A DNA stretch of 63,094 nt, filler included, from Bigelowiella natans CCMP2755 (GCA_000320545.1; 10 parts of 10 records of this genome joined end to end with filler, not necessarily neighbours in it); one strand, 5' to 3'. Positions 10,507-24,758 are shown, counted from the whole stretch's first letter. Numbers and translations: made by a program. Notes: a model not told the origin generated them from the letters alone.

Positions 10507-10951
10507 CGTGCCGTCCCCCGTTCGTTCTCAACAAGAAGAAAGGAAGCGACAAATGAGCGGCGGAACCCCGAGTTCTCCGGAACGCCTGGCGCCTTTTCTG
10601 CACCAAACCACTCTTCTGGCGGAAAATTTGAGTTCCCCTTCCTCGATCGGCCCCTGGTAGGCGGGGAAGCAGGGAGGCGGTGTGTTGCTATTAAAGGGGG
10701 GGGCTTTTCGTGTTGGCAGGATCAACAAAACTCACAAGCTTCCACCATTCAGACCCAAGATGGTTTGCCCTCGTCCCACAACTTACCGAAAATCTGAAAA
10801 TCAAGATCTATTTTACCAATTTAAACGCAAAATATATGACGCACTTGATAAAAAGATGGCCCTCGCTAGATTTCCACCTCCAGAGATATGGGGAGGGCGA
10901 CGGCGCGGGCGGCGAATTTATATAAAGCGACAGGGAAAACGACCAACATCG

Positions 10952-12021
10952 ATGGGAAATCGTGGGGAATTTTCACCGATTTCATCGTCCTCAACAGTTT
11001 CTTTTCTCGTAGTTGTTGTTGGTGCCTCTGAGGAGGCACAAGAAGCAGGAGGAAGTGTGGATTTCCCTCGGGCCGAACCGCTCACTTCGGAGCTCAACGC
11101 TGCTGCTCGCCCCGCCACCCCCACCCCCCCCTCCTACCCGACCCCGTCGTCCGTCGCCCGGGAGAATAAGGAGTCCGGCGAGAGATCTGATGAGCTGGTC
11201 CGGCGCCTCCGCTGGCAAAGATGTCCAGCAGTTGAATGTAAGTGAGGCGTCGGGCTGCATGCGCACGCGGGCGCAGCTTCCGAACCGAACCATTGCACAA
11301 TTGCCACACCCGGCCCGCGCAAATTAATGAAAGAGACCTATGACGCCCACACTGAACCTCTCTGTGGATTTAGGCGGAAATCAATGGTCTCCGAGCGTAC
11401 AAGATAGACGCGGACGCGGCGATTCGGAAGCTCCGGGTTAGTTGAACCTCTCACCGACGATGATGACGTGAGCCTTATTCTTTGTGTGACCCGCCGCTCA
11501 GAATAAAGAGAAAACCCTTGTAACTCGTCTGAAGCAGCAGGAGAAAGAGCTAAATGCTAGGGACGACAAGCTCCGGGCGGCCGTAATGACTTAAATTAAC
11601 CACTGAAAGAGTCGTCTTCGCCAGGCATTATTTAAACACTTCTTCTTCTTCTTCTTCCACGCTTCACGCACGAAGAATCCGTACCCTTGCCGCTCCTGCG
11701 GCGAAGAAAGGCGCTAGTGCAGGCGGCGACTATCAAATGTTAGGTTGGTTGGCACAAAATCTGATGAAATTATGGGCTGGGGGGATTTTCACTCAGCAAA
11801 CACCCCACTCGTCCTTCATTTTGCAAGCAGCACGAGTAGCAATTCGTCGTAGCGCGCTCATATTATATTCTCTTCGTTTTTCTGTTCTATGCGTATCTTT
11901 GTTTTTTCAGGGTTCCAATGGAGAAGACGCGACCAACGCGGAAGCGAGGCTGGTCTCCCCCCCCACCACCCCCCCCCCTTTTTTTGTTATCCTGTTTTCC
12001 AGGGGGTTGTGTATGCGTGCA

Positions 12022-12054
<33 letters not shown>

Positions 12055-12519
12055 CCATCGACAACAGCAATACAAAATAAAGAAAAATACGCTGAAACCG
12101 TCTCAAGCACACGCCTTTAGTTGACCCCCCCCCCCCCCCCCTTCCCAGAAGGAGGAGCAGGCGCGGAGAAAGGAGCTAGAGGAGAAGTACCGCGCACTCG
12201 ACAAGGACTTTACTAGGGTTACCCTTGACCAGTGCCTTATTAGTTTTATTTGAGGAAGGACACTCCATCAATTCATTAACAAAAAGATATACATTCGTCA
12301 TCATCATCATCATCTTCTTCTTCTTCTTTTTCTTCTTCTTTTTCCGTGTGCGGTGGAGAATAGATGGTGACAAAGCTGCAGGAGGAGGGCCAGACAGCCT
12401 TAAGGTCGAGTCACTATAATCGCGCAAAATGTGTATGTAGAAGAAGCAGCGGCCCCGGGGCAGGAAACACACAATGATGATGTTTCTCTTTTTTATGGTG
12501 ATGATGATGGACGACGATG

Positions 12520-12552
<33 letters not shown>

Positions 12553-12627
12553 CGGTTTTTGATGGTGGGTGATAAAGGCTACGGGACGAGCTTGAGGGCC
12601 AGAGGCAAAAGGTGCTTGTGCGCAGGA

Positions 12628-12665
<38 letters not shown>

Positions 12666-13480
12666 GATGTACGTCCTGGCGTCCGCCACATTACTTCTCT
12701 ACTTTCTCCATGCCGTTGCAAAATGATTCATGCAACCGTAAATAAATGAGGCTGACTCGTGTCTATGTGCGAATGGTTCTTTCACGCACTCGTAGTGCCA
12801 AACCGCCCCCCACCGCTCCTCTCCCTCCCCCACTCCGCCACCATGTCACTAATCCGTGCATCGTCTTCTTCGGTTATCAGGCGCGTGAGAGTGAGAAGGC
12901 TCTCAAGGTTGCACAACAACAGGTAAGCTAGCACCCGTCCGCACTCTCTTTAGCAGCATCACACATCATCATCATCATCATCATCATCGTCATCATCCTT
13001 ACTACGATGCCTCATCGTGCTGCTGTGCAGGCTGCTGCTGCTGCTGCTGCTGCTGCGACCCAGACAGGGAGCTCTGGTGGAACAGATCGCGACGGTAAAC
13101 ACACGACGACGACGACAACATCGACAACAATAAAGATGATGATGATGATGACGACAACGGCAGCGAGCAACAGCTATGTTGTCTAGTATAGAGTACCAGG
13201 AAAAAAAAAAAAAGATTTCTCTTTGATTCTGTGCTGCTCTTTCCCCCCCCCCTCCCCCTCCCCGCCCCCCTATTTGCATCGGATGGACGAAATGCCGTTC
13301 CGCGTATCATCAATGGCGGCGACGGTGATGGCGTCAGAGGCGGCGTTGAGTGCGCTGCGCGAAGAGAACGAAAAGGTGAGGCCCCATCCATCACCGCGGG
13401 AGCTGTGGTAGGGGGGCTAATGATGATGATGATGATGATGATGATGGTGATGGTGATTCATATCTCGACGGCCTCTGCAC
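10952..13480 (+). CDS. Multi-exon coiled-coil protein (partial, approximate)
   Basis: E/K/R-rich heptad exons bounded by AG/GT: EKTLVTRLKQQEKELNARDDKL, KEEQARRKELEEKYRALDKDFTR, MVTKLQEEGQTALK, ARESEKALKVAQQQ, ASEAALSALREENEK. Confidence 0.5.
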
Positions 13481-13989
13481 CGTGAGCAGGACGGTTCTCC
13501 TCATCGCCCACACTATTGCCGCAGTACTTGTATATATTTTATAAGTCATCATGAGCGACGTCGGCAAGCCAACATCCAGACGATGCTACGCTGTCCACCC
13601 CCCCCCCCCCCCCCCCCCGTCGGTTGAAACTTGTTGCCGCGGAAGGGTTTTCCGGAACACCCATCTGCTTCAGAAGGAGAATCCGAAGGTGATGTGGGAG
13701 CGAAGTGAATTGGTCCCCAGCTTACCTCCCATGATTTGGGCGGTCCAAAATCGGTTCCTCCCCTCGTGGGGGCGGGCGTGGNNNNNNNNNNNNNNNNNNN
13801 NNNNNNNNNNNNNNNNNNNNNNNNNTTAATTAATTAANNNNNNNNNNNNNNNNNNNNNNNNNNNNNNNNNNNNNNNNNNNNCAATAGGGGGGGGGGGGGG
13901 TCAACGAAGAGCTCAGCACAGCTACAACAATTGGATTTTATGTGGTATTCCCCTGGTGGGTATTCCTCGGAATTTGGCTTCGGTGCTAA

Positions 13990-15558
13990 ATCCATATAAC
14001 CGTGGTTTGTTTGGTGAAAGCCAACCTTGATTCGAGATATGATTGGCTTCGTCGACCCTGCGGTGGGTTTGGGTTCCCCTTCCAGCTTCTTCCTCCTACT
14101 CCTCCTAGTTGCTGTATTAATTCACACCATTGTTTAATTTGTTTCTGCGGCTTTACGCAGAGGGCGCCGACAATGCGGACCCGAGAGTAATTTGTAAGTA
14201 TAAAGTGCACGTGGCCGCATCAAACCTCCCTTTCCTCCCCACCATCGTCGCAATCATCACCACCAGCATAGGTTCATTCGGTTATCTAATCAGCTTCCTA
14301 GTACCCCTGTCCTCCTCCTCCTCCTCCTCCTCCTCCTCCTCCTCGGCCTGTGGCCACGAATCAATTAACGTAAAGTTGGCAGGGCGTGTGAGCCTCCCTT
14401 CCAGCACAACCCCCTTTGAAAGCTTTCTTAGAGCCGATTTTGACGGTCTTCGCCGTCCGGCTACATCTACGATGTACGTCTTGGAGATGTTCAGCCCGCA
14501 CAGAGGATTGGAGAGTCGGTCGCCGAGCTTCCCGTCGTTTGTGAGGAGAATTAGCCCCTCGGACATGTAATCTAGCCGTCCTTAGAGTTTTACAGTTTCA
14601 GAGCAAAATTCCAGGTCAGAACCACGAATTTTCCTTAAAGCGAAGCAAAACAGCCTTGCGCAGGGGGGAGAACAAACAAAAGGAAAACACTGTAGTTGCC
14701 TTCCATCTTCAATCGAGAAAGAGGCATGATGCCATGATGATGGTGATGGTGGTGTTGTCATCACCCACCGATGGGAAACTTCCAGATCGCACTCGATCTG
14801 ATTAGCATCCAAACATGCGTCACACGATTGCCATGGAGAAGCAAAATAGAGCTGCCAGTACTCGCTTTCCCTCCCCCCAAAACTGCAACGGTTCTCCATC
14901 CTCCCAAAATCCTACCTGTTATCTGCTTTTGCCATGACGTCGTAGATCGTACGTCGGTTGCGTCCTTTGTTGTCGATCCTGGAGCAAAGAACACGCACGG
15001 GCTTGTAGCAGGCCCACACTTTGATATCAGGAACTCGGCGGAAGATCTCAGGCTTTCCATCTCCACCGTCGCTTCTGCTGCCCGCCTTCAACCCCCCCCC
15101 GACCACTAGGATCTCGTCTTGTTTAATGTCTACCCATTGGTAAGGGTCTACTGCGGTCGCGCCGTTGACCTCAACCTGTTTCACATCATTATCCATCATC
15201 ATTATCATCATCATCAGCAGCAGCATCTGATGGTCAAATTTCGTTGCTCTATTCGGCTCTCATGAGCCTCCAACCTGCCTTCGGAGAATAACCTTGGCAG
15301 CTACCGATCGTGAGCAAATCCCCAGCTTCGAGAGAGCGCGGTGCAGCATGACGCGTCTGCCTCTAAATACGGAAAATGCAATATGTGTGCCGTGATTCTC
15401 TGATCTCTGTTCTGTTTCTTCCGGGCGCTGTCCTACCTGTCGTTCTCGTTCAGAAAATGCGAACCCCTTTTATTTTTCTTCCATAAACCAGTCGATTGGA
15501 TGAGCAAAAGCTGATGAACTGAGAGGAGAAGGATCCCCATTGCTCCCGGACGAGCCAT
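13990..15558 (-). CDS. RsuA/RluB/E/F-family pseudouridine synthase with S4 domain, probably organelle-targeted (3' end uncertain)
   Basis: S4-like LHRALSKLGICSRSVAAKVILRRQ|VEVNG, then YKPVRVLCS, the catalytic FPI|GRLDYMSEGLILLTNDG (GRLD at about 14570-14581), SKTYIVDV and LSKGVVLEG. The N-terminus MARPGAMGILLLSVHQLLLIQSTG is hydrophobic. Confidence 0.85.
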
Positions 15559-16298
15559 ACTCCCGACGGCCTGGGCTTTCCGATAAGTCCTCTGTTAAAA
15601 ATATATGCGGATTATTTCGTAATTTTTTATCATAATATATCTAAAAAATCTAAAAACTGATCAGTAATTTATCCGAGAAACTCAAAGGGTATTCTAGACA
15701 AATTAAGGTGGTAGTTTCTTCGATAGCTTCTCAAATTACTGTTGCTTTTAAGCCAATTCGGATCAGCCCCTTAATTTATTTTTTCGGTACTGTTTCCAGA
15801 TCCTGCTAGCTATATTTTCAGACCCTAAAATACATGAATGACGTAGATTAGTATCTGAATTTGTCTACTTTTGTCACATTTAAAATCAAAGTCGCAATCA
15901 ATTTAACATATTTTAACCAAAATCCGGCATTCGATACGCATTTTCTCCTTTTTTTTGTGCTGAAAATCATTATTGCGTAGTGAAGGTCCGTTTAGGGTTG
16001 TTGCGCGTTGCGAACGCCTCCGGCAGCCATTAAGAGAGGAGAGGGATGATAAATTCCTGATGAATCATACATCTATATTGCGATGTATTCGTCTGGTTTA
16101 TTTTTATATATTTTTCCTTTCATTTGAGGCCGTGAGGTCCAAAATATGCACTAGTTTTCGCGTTCGTTGCTGATTCTTGCATTGTTTTTTGCGAATTGTC
16201 GCTTTCCCGCTGCTTGTAACTCTCCCCCCTTTCACATACGGACTCTTAGAGGTTAAACCTTTTACGAAAGGAAGAGGAGGAACTTCTGAGGGTCGAGA

Positions 16299-16853
16299 AT
16301 GTCTTGGCGGAGACGAGACAATAATGAGCCCGAGGAGGCAGATACCGTCTATATCTCGGTGAGTTCCTTCGATTCAAGGCTAGGTGGTAGAAGCAAGGGA
16401 TGGGTTGGCATTAGATAATCAATCTCTTTGGACAGAATTGTTGTTGTTTTGCCCCCCACCCACCCCCTCCCCCTCCCCGCGCTAACTCTACCACATCTCA
16501 GGGTTTGCCCAAATCGATAAAAGAAGATGATCTCATCAAGCTTTTCGGGTAAATTCCAAACAAATCCTTTCTAGTGACCCTCAAGCAGTATCATTGTATT
16601 GCGAAAGGAAGTTACAGCTTCCTTCATCGACGCAGCAGCATTCATCCAATCTTGTGTGTTGATTTCCATCTTCAGGTCTATTGGTAAGATAAAGATGAAG
16701 CGGGGCAAAGGAAGGGACCGCTTTCAATTCTTCCCAGTGGTAAGTGGCTGCCACCTCTTGCTGTACGGTTTTCCCCTTGTAGCATCCGTAAAGAGGAATG
16801 AATTCCCAGAACAATTTCGTTGCGAGTCCTGCACTTCTCCTTAACTAATACAC

Positions 16854-16884
<31 letters not shown>

Positions 16885-17485
16885 TGCTACATTTCAGATC
16901 AAGATATACCGGGACAAAGACACCGGGGAGCCAAAGGGCGACGCTACTGTCAGCTATGAAGACCCCTACACCGCAGGGTGTGATGAAGAGATATATAAGA
17001 AATATGTTTCGCGGAACGTATACTGCTGTTGATGAGAAAGATAGCTATTATGTGTGCATTTTAGTGGTGTTCGATGGGCCTATTGCTGCCACCATAACAT
17101 TATTCTTATACTGTTAATTGAGGTCCTTTTGCGATTATTCTTGGTCATCCGTTCCCTCTCCCCTCCCACCCTCCCCCTCATTTCTCTGATGATTGGTTTC
17201 CAATGATGTGTTATCTAATAAAGGTCGGCAGTGACATGGTTCAACGATAAGGAGCACTTTGGAGGAGTTATCCACGTGTCCATTGCAACCAAGAACTGGA
17301 GATCGCAGGCCCCCCCAGCTGGTGGCGGGGGGTATGGGGGCGGAGGAGGTGGGGACAGGGGAGGGGGAGGAGGAGGAGGCGGAGGCGGCTACGGAGGCCG
17401 CGACAGGGGAGGAGGAGGCGGAGGAGGCGGAGGCCGTTATCCGAACGATAGTGACCGAGGAAGACCTGACTACGGAGGGGGGGGC
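16299..17485 (+). CDS. FET-family (TAF15/EWS/FUS-like) RRM + RGG RNA-binding protein, truncated by the gap
   Basis: Spliced sequence DTVYIS|GLPKSIKEDDLIKLFG|SIGKIK..|IKIYRDKDTGEPKGDATVSYEDPYTAG|SAVTWFNDKEHFGGVIHVSIA is the FET-type RRM, followed by G/RGG-rich sequence. Confidence 0.85.
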
Positions 17486-17900
17486 NNNNNNNNNNNNNNN
17501 NNNNNNNNNNNNNNNNNNNNNNNNNNNNNTTAATTAATTAANNNNNNNNNNNNNNNNNNNNNNNNNNNNNNNNNNNNNNNNNNNNCGAATAGGGGAGGCG
17601 CAAGGAGGAGGAGGAGGAGGAGGAGGAGGAGGAGGAGGGGGAGGAGAGTAGAGAAGGAGGAGGAGGTGAGGAGAGAATATATTGCTAGACAAACACGCGC
17701 GCACATCTCCCCCCTCTCCCCCCTCTTCCAATGTCACAACAGAGATCGGTCCGGAGGTGGAGAGGAGAAATGACGGCATGCCAAAATACTGCTAGCTACA
17801 ATCACTACCACCCGCGCTCTAGTGTCACAGCTACTAATGCTACGACTCTACTCCTACTAACACCGACTACTACTACTACTACAACAACTACTACTACTAC

Positions 17901-18241
17901 TTCGCGTAAAGTTTTGGGTCTCTCTTCTCAGCAGTCGAGGGCTCATAGACAGGCAGGTATTCCAGCTATGTAGTTAGGAGGAGGAGGAGGAGGTGGAGGA
18001 GGAAGAGGATGATTAGGGTGGATCATAGTAACATTGTGCACGGCAGCCCCCCTGACTCCTCCTCCTCCTACTATTTCTCTTTCTACCGAGACATAGTTGG
18101 AGATGGAGGTGAGCATCCTCAGAAAGATCACGGCATCCGAGGGACCCCCGGCGAGATTCAGAGTCGACAAGTCGGTCCCTTATACGAGGGGGGGGGGGTA
18201 GGGGGGAGCAGTTGGTAGTCAGTCACAACAGTTGAGAGAGG

Positions 18242-18279
<38 letters not shown>

Positions 18280-18685
18280 ATCCCCAGATATTGACGGTGG
18301 GTCGGCAAATTCTCTGCACGGAAGGAACAGTAAGAGGATGTAGCGAGAATCATTGCCTCATGACGACCGCACCGACAACCCAAACCAAAAAACCCTGCAT
18401 TGACTCTCAGCGGGGCAGCGAAGCAAAGGTCGCACATCATGCAAGGACATCAACGGTACCGCATCCCGAGTAGTGAATGCACAGTGGCTGTACAGGCGCC
18501 CTACCACAACAGCAATGGCATAAAACAGCAGCAGCAGCAGCAGCAGCAAAACAGTAATGAAGTCGGTGTGTGATTCTTGTCCGAAACACCATAATCTGCC
18601 GTCAATTCGTCGCCCCGTATATCGTCATCCTCCACATCGCTTCTCCTCCTCATTCTCCTCTTTTTCTTCTTCGTGTCTTTATCCG

Positions 18686-18739
<54 letters not shown>

Positions 18740-19513
18740 CTCAATCATCATCATCCTCACCACCCACCCTGCTAAGAAGGCCCCAGTGCGAAATCTCGTC
18801 AGCGAGTGTGCTTGAGTGACAGTCCCCTCAGGAAATATGGCTAGACGCGGCGTAGCATATCCAGGCCTGGAGGAGAAGGGAATCAATCGTGCAGTCAGAG
18901 AGCAGCAGCGTGCATAACCACCGGACGACGATGATGATCATTCATCGACGGAAAACAGCTGCCGACACATCACCATCGATTTCTCATCAGCACACACTGT
19001 CGTCTTCCTTGTTGGGGTGGGGGGGGGTGGATTGTGGATGGTTATTCTCTGGTGTGTGGTCCTTTCGTAAAAGCGACCACTCAATACTAGTAACTAATTC
19101 GGATAATTACGAGTAGCCATTGACTCTGTCTTTGATCAGCTGCGCGACTCCGGGCTGTATTGACGATGACGACCAAAAGAGTTCATTCTCACCACAGCGT
19201 CATCGAAGGGCGGCATCACACATAATCGCCGAACTAGACAACTATGGGCAACAACCCGCGGGAGAGGTGCTGACAATAGCACACCCCACCACCCAACTGA
19301 AACCTCAAATGACCGTTTCAGGAGCTACATACCGACCTTCCTTTTCTTATCGCCAGCAGCTTCTCCCTGTCCGCTGCCTCCTTTCTTCTTCTCTCTATCG
19401 ACAAACAGGCACCCAATTCCCTCTGCGAGCCGCCCTTTAGTGTTTACCAATTGAGTAAGTGACTTTGATCGTTACAATGAGTTGAGGACGGCGATGGAAC
19501 TCATGTCGAAGAA

Positions 19514-19544
<31 letters not shown>

Positions 19545-20366
19545 TTTTGTTCGAAGGACTACCGAGTAACAGGGTAATTTCTCACGGGCGCCATGGCGAC
19601 AAATGCTGGAAGGTGAAAGCTGCGACGGTCGTATCAAAAGAGCATGCAGCAAGAAGAACGAAAAGAAGATGCGGTTATTTTGTAGTAAAGTGCCGAAAAC
19701 GGTTAATGCTAGCATTTAGTCGTTCATTAGTGTGGCAATCATTGCACAATCATCATCAGCATCATCATCATCATCATCATCAAGAAAAGTACACATTTGA
19801 AAGGGGGACGACGACGACAACAAAGCAGACACAAAAAGGATTTTGCGTAGTACGTAAGCAAGATGACGAAATCTGTGAGCGCACTCGAGTGATTCGCAAT
19901 CTGAAAAGGAGGAGAGGAACCCAAATTAAGGCGTTGCTGCTGGCGATGCACACAAATCATACACTTTTCAGATGTCGTAAAGAAGAAGTAACAATTCGCC
20001 AATCAAAAATGGGCGGGACCAATAGCGGTGGTGAGGTTTTCATGCAGCATCCTGAGCAAGGAATCCATCCGCTCAAGCCAAATCTGATGGAAAGCATCAT
20101 TCATCACTTTTTTATCGCGGTACGGCAGGAATGACAACTTGTGGCGGCTCAAATTGGAGATGATGTGAAAAGGTGTTATAACGGAAGAATAATGTATTGC
20201 GATGTATCTGGTGTCGTGTGATGACCGATGGGAGCCAGGACGGAAACTGCGCGGAATAAAGTAGAAGCCCCAGACAAACAACAAACACCTGCATCCAAAG
20301 TAGCCCGTCCAAGTTCTAATAATTTGGGTTAGGGAAAACACACACGCACACATACACACACACACG

Positions 20367-20399
<33 letters not shown>

Positions 20400-21171
20400 T
20401 TCAGGGGGAGATTATTCGGTTTGAATTCGCAGCATTTTGCTTTCGTCATTTTGGAGTCTAGTTCCACATCACCCATTCAATCGTTTTTTCCATTTTCTGT
20501 TTATTTTATTTTTTCTCCTTAAGGCTATTACGTGATGAATCGTAGGAAGCCAGGCCTCTCTCTGATGGTAGTTTTATTTTTGACGATTAATGAAAACAAT
20601 TTGCAAAGCTTACGATTCAACAAATCTTAATGAATGTGATGATGACGACCGGATGCAAAGGCAGCACGTGAACACCATGTAGTTCCCAGTCATCATCAGC
20701 AACAGGAGAATTGTGAGTATCATCCGAATCAATGGGAGTCCTGTGGTAAATTTGGCGTGAGTTCATTGCTCTAATGCTAGCTGTGACGGTCAAACACTCG
20801 GGAAAAGGGGGAGATATATGCATTTCCACATCCATGCAGATAGGTTTGTGCCAATATAGGGGGGGACAACCTGTGAGGCAGACCAGAATCGTTTTCGCCC
20901 ATTCGTACCATTTGAGGTGTGGCGTTCGGTGGCAGAATGGACTATTCTCAAGCTTTGGACGACGGAATTGCATGGTAAATGAACAACAGAACAACACGAT
21001 GTAGCTTATATGAGAAATGAGCGAATAGGATACTTAGTAGCTCTTACATCCAGCCTGTTTATGCGGTAATCTGCAACCTTCCCGTCCAATTCCTTATCAA
21101 CCTTTCCAGGGAGACATTCTCAAGACGATGTCTAATTCTAATTTAACAATGAAGCAAATTGTACTGACCAT
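17901..21171 (-). CDS. Lysophospholipid acyltransferase (LPCAT/LPEAT-like, PlsC fold), many exons; continues toward the gap
   Basis: Exons give NSPFCHRTPHLKWYEWAKTILVCLT, IANHSSALTDF (block I), GCLFVDR (block II), LAIFPEGT..TRFRTGAFLAG|APVQP (blocks III/IV) and LEYLPVYEPSTAEKRDPKLYA. The start position is tentative. Confidence 0.88.
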
Positions 21172-22037
21172 TGTCAGTGCTGAGACTGCACCCAAGATCT
21201 TTCAGCCCGAGGTAGATCTAGAAAGAAGAGGAGACGCGATACGTAGATTGCGTTTTCGGAAGAAGGGAATCTGGCGCGTGAATTGGCTCTTTGGAAGATT
21301 TCGTAGATAATAAATATACGATGTTTTCTGGAATCTTTGACACAGGATTCAGTAAAAAAAGGCTTGTAAAAGTAACATGAGTCACATCCTTGGAAACCGC
21401 GACAGCTGCGAAATGATTCAGATAAAACAGCCTGAAACTTTTTGCTCTTAAGGAGACAAAGCATTGCAACATCTGGAACAATCCGTATGGCAGAAAATGC
21501 CGAGAAGAGAAGGTCACTTCCATCAATTGAACTGTGCAATGAGGTAACGATGATTATCTACGCTGTTCACATGTTATCAATCATCACTCAAACGGGTCAA
21601 ATCCTATTGAAATCTTCGATTTTTCATCGCTGTCAAATCCCAATCTGCAAAAACTCTCCTTCATCGCCTGAATTTATCTGCGACATTCAATTTTATTATT
21701 GTCGTAGTGAGAAATTTCATTGAATAGCTGGGAGATTTTCCGAATATAAAGGTGTCTAGAAACTCCCCATTCGAAAAAAATCTTTGCGTCAATCCGTATT
21801 CGTAGTCTCTTAATCCAGATCCCATAAATTTTATTGATCGGGGTGAGATCGAAGAAATACTTTCAGGCTGAAAAATGCTGAAGATCCCAGAAACTGTTCA
21901 TTCGCACTTTCGTCGAAAGGCCAAGTCATACAATCGATGCAGCTTCGTTACATGTGAATGAACCCAGTGGGGTTATAAACAAGTGCAGATCTATCGATAT
22001 AGTAACGCATAATAATAACGGGAAAAGAGAGAAGAAG

Positions 22038-24717
22038 ATGTATGAAAAAGACGAAAATCAAATGGAGAAAACTCGAACTTCCAGCTTTGCCTCTTCGTTA
22101 CATGTGCTTGTTGAAGCACTTTTCGGCGGTGCAAATAATCAAAGTAGCGATGGTCAGCCGAAGGAAAATCAGAAATCCAACCTTACTAGTAACTTCCATA
22201 AGTCAAGAATCGCCCGAAGTCCCATCTGTGAATATCGGAAGAAGCCAAGACCTGCCAGCCGGCTGGGCGGTATTACCTTCTCCCGTTCTCTATCTCCCCT
22301 ATTCCCATAGTGTCTTTCGTTGACTCTTCGCACATTTGTGGTGTAGAGAGTATTTGTCACCGCAACTTTATATCCAATGAACTGAGTAGCGTTTGATCTG
22401 TTAGGAATAATGTCGGGCGAATACGTGATCGAGAAAATTCTGCGAGCAAGGAGGGTAACGAGGCGGAAGTCAAAAGGGAAAAAGCGCCGTCATTCAAGTA
22501 AGTCCCCTTATCTTCACAAATCCTGCAATGCAGTATTCGTGTCATCAACCCACCATCACCTTCTCTTGCTCATACTACTTCAGGGTTGGAGTTCTTCGTA
22601 AAATGGCACAACTACCCCCCTCCCGAGAACACTTGGGAGCCGCCTCAGCACCTTCCTAATCCAGTTTACCAAGAAGCTAAGAGGATCCTAGGTACTATCC
22701 GAATTTTATCATCTGTTTTACCCTCCTTTTTTTCTTTAAGACGACGAATGATTATTTTTGCCAAAGACGAGACGAAGGAATTAGCTCCAGATCATGTGGA
22801 AGGGGCGATTCCAACGAACCCGAAATTCAAGGTCGTCCATTTTCATATATAATCATCCTCCACAGTGGCCTGTGCCCATAGAATGCTGCCACGCAGTTGT
22901 CCCCTTACGACTATCGCATGTAATACCAAAACTCCCATCCATTAGAATCCTGCTGTCTTGTTGTCGGGAACCATAGCTAGAAAGACTTTCCCCTTGTAAT
23001 TATTTGGTATAATAATCACAAAGGTGGTGAGCGAGTGGATCGTAAACCTTGAGGTCGACAATCTCATCCTGCAGCCGGCCAATGACAGTGAGAGAATCCA
23101 GCATGAAAACAAGGAAAGTAAGGATCCCAAGCCTGTAAAAGTAGGAAGGCGAGGTGAAAGAGAGGAGGTAGAGGTATTGCAAGTAGGAGAAGCATCCAAA
23201 GAACGGCGCCAAGAAGCTGGAATGCAAGCTAGCTCATCCTCGACATTATCATCTATGAATGTGGAAAGAAGAACTATAGGTAATACCGACATTCCAAGAT
23301 AATGAACTGCTTCCATATCGCGCGCGACACTGCTGCTGCAACACCATGCTAAATTCCCCTCTTCCTCTTTATTCATTGACAGCAGCAAGACCAACTTTTA
23401 TCCTAACCGCTCATGCAAATTCGACGCCGGTGACGGCGCCAGCATCAGCAACAGCTACCGCAACTGCAGTGGCTACGATTGCGGCCTCTTCTCTCTCCTC
23501 TTTTCCTACCACCCTCCCACTCCATCGTAGCAGTTATCCAACCTCGCACTCAGCTGCAACGAACAGAAAGAGGAAAAAGCCTGCAAGTCCTGTTGCTGCC
23601 CACGTGCCTCGCCCCTACCGTCCGGCTGCTCACAACAAGAAGAGTGTATCATTCACCATGGGTGGGCGTATAGTTGCGAGCATGCTTCCTTGCATCAGAG
23701 CACCGGCGACAACAGTCTCGACATCAATCACTACGGTACCACAATCTTCGCCATCGTTACTACCACCACCATCGCACCAGAACGTGCTCACCCCCACCGC
23801 CATCGGTAACAACGACGATGTTGTCATTGGCAATAGAGGTAGCAACGGCATCAGCGGTCAAGCTGGTAATGACGCGTTGCATCCGGCCAAACGAGCTAAA
23901 CGTCGGAGCAGCTGGAAGGTTCCTCTTCGAGTAGAAAATAATACCCAATCGTTGCACCGCTGCATGGCTGCCTGTATTGCGATGATACTACAATCGCCAC
24001 ACGAGGAGAACACGACGACGACGACGAATACTGTCCATATGACGAGTGTTTGTATGAGCATTGCAGTCTATGAAAACAGAAATCCTCCAGTTAAGACCTT
24101 TTTCTCCACCCCCCCCCACCCCTAATACTCGCAGAATCGCAGCAGGAAGAGGCGGTTTTATGCCTCGGCTTTCTTCGAAGAGGGCTCTAATCCATGCCGA
24201 TACGTGGTCAACATCGAGGATGAGCTTCGCCTCGTCGTACCATTCCCTCCCACCAAGTCAGTAAGTCAGTCAATCATTTGAGATAAGATACGGGGAGGGA
24301 GGACGGGGGGGGGGTTGGGACAGTGAGAAGATATTAAAAAGAGAGAGACAAAGAAGGTAATATGTGATCACGATGAGGAAACAATATTGGGGGGGGGGGG
24401 GATGAAATAATGCAGATTGAGTTCAAAAACATCATGGGATTAACGACAAGAACTGAGTAAAAGCAAATAAATCTAGTGCGACTTATTCCACAAAAACAAT
24501 AACCCATCCCGCCCTGCTGCCGCTACCGCAGGAGTGTTCACGACTTTTGCAAGGAGATCAGCGCTCGTGTGAGGCGGCACCGCTTGTTTCCCTCGCTTGC
24601 GTCCGCTGTCAAGAAAATGAGAGACGATCACTCCATATCGAACATTAGAGAGTGAGTAGTGCACGAAGTAGGAACAAGCCGCATGATGAGCAGCGATAGT
24701 GAGAGATGAACATATAT

Positions 24718-24758
<41 letters not shown>

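Noticed and set aside
12197-12220. Possible non-canonical GA splice donors (e.g. GACAAG-GACTTT; also at about 61037)
   Set aside because: Nearby GT donors give in-frame joins or cannot be excluded, so there is no firm evidence without transcripts.
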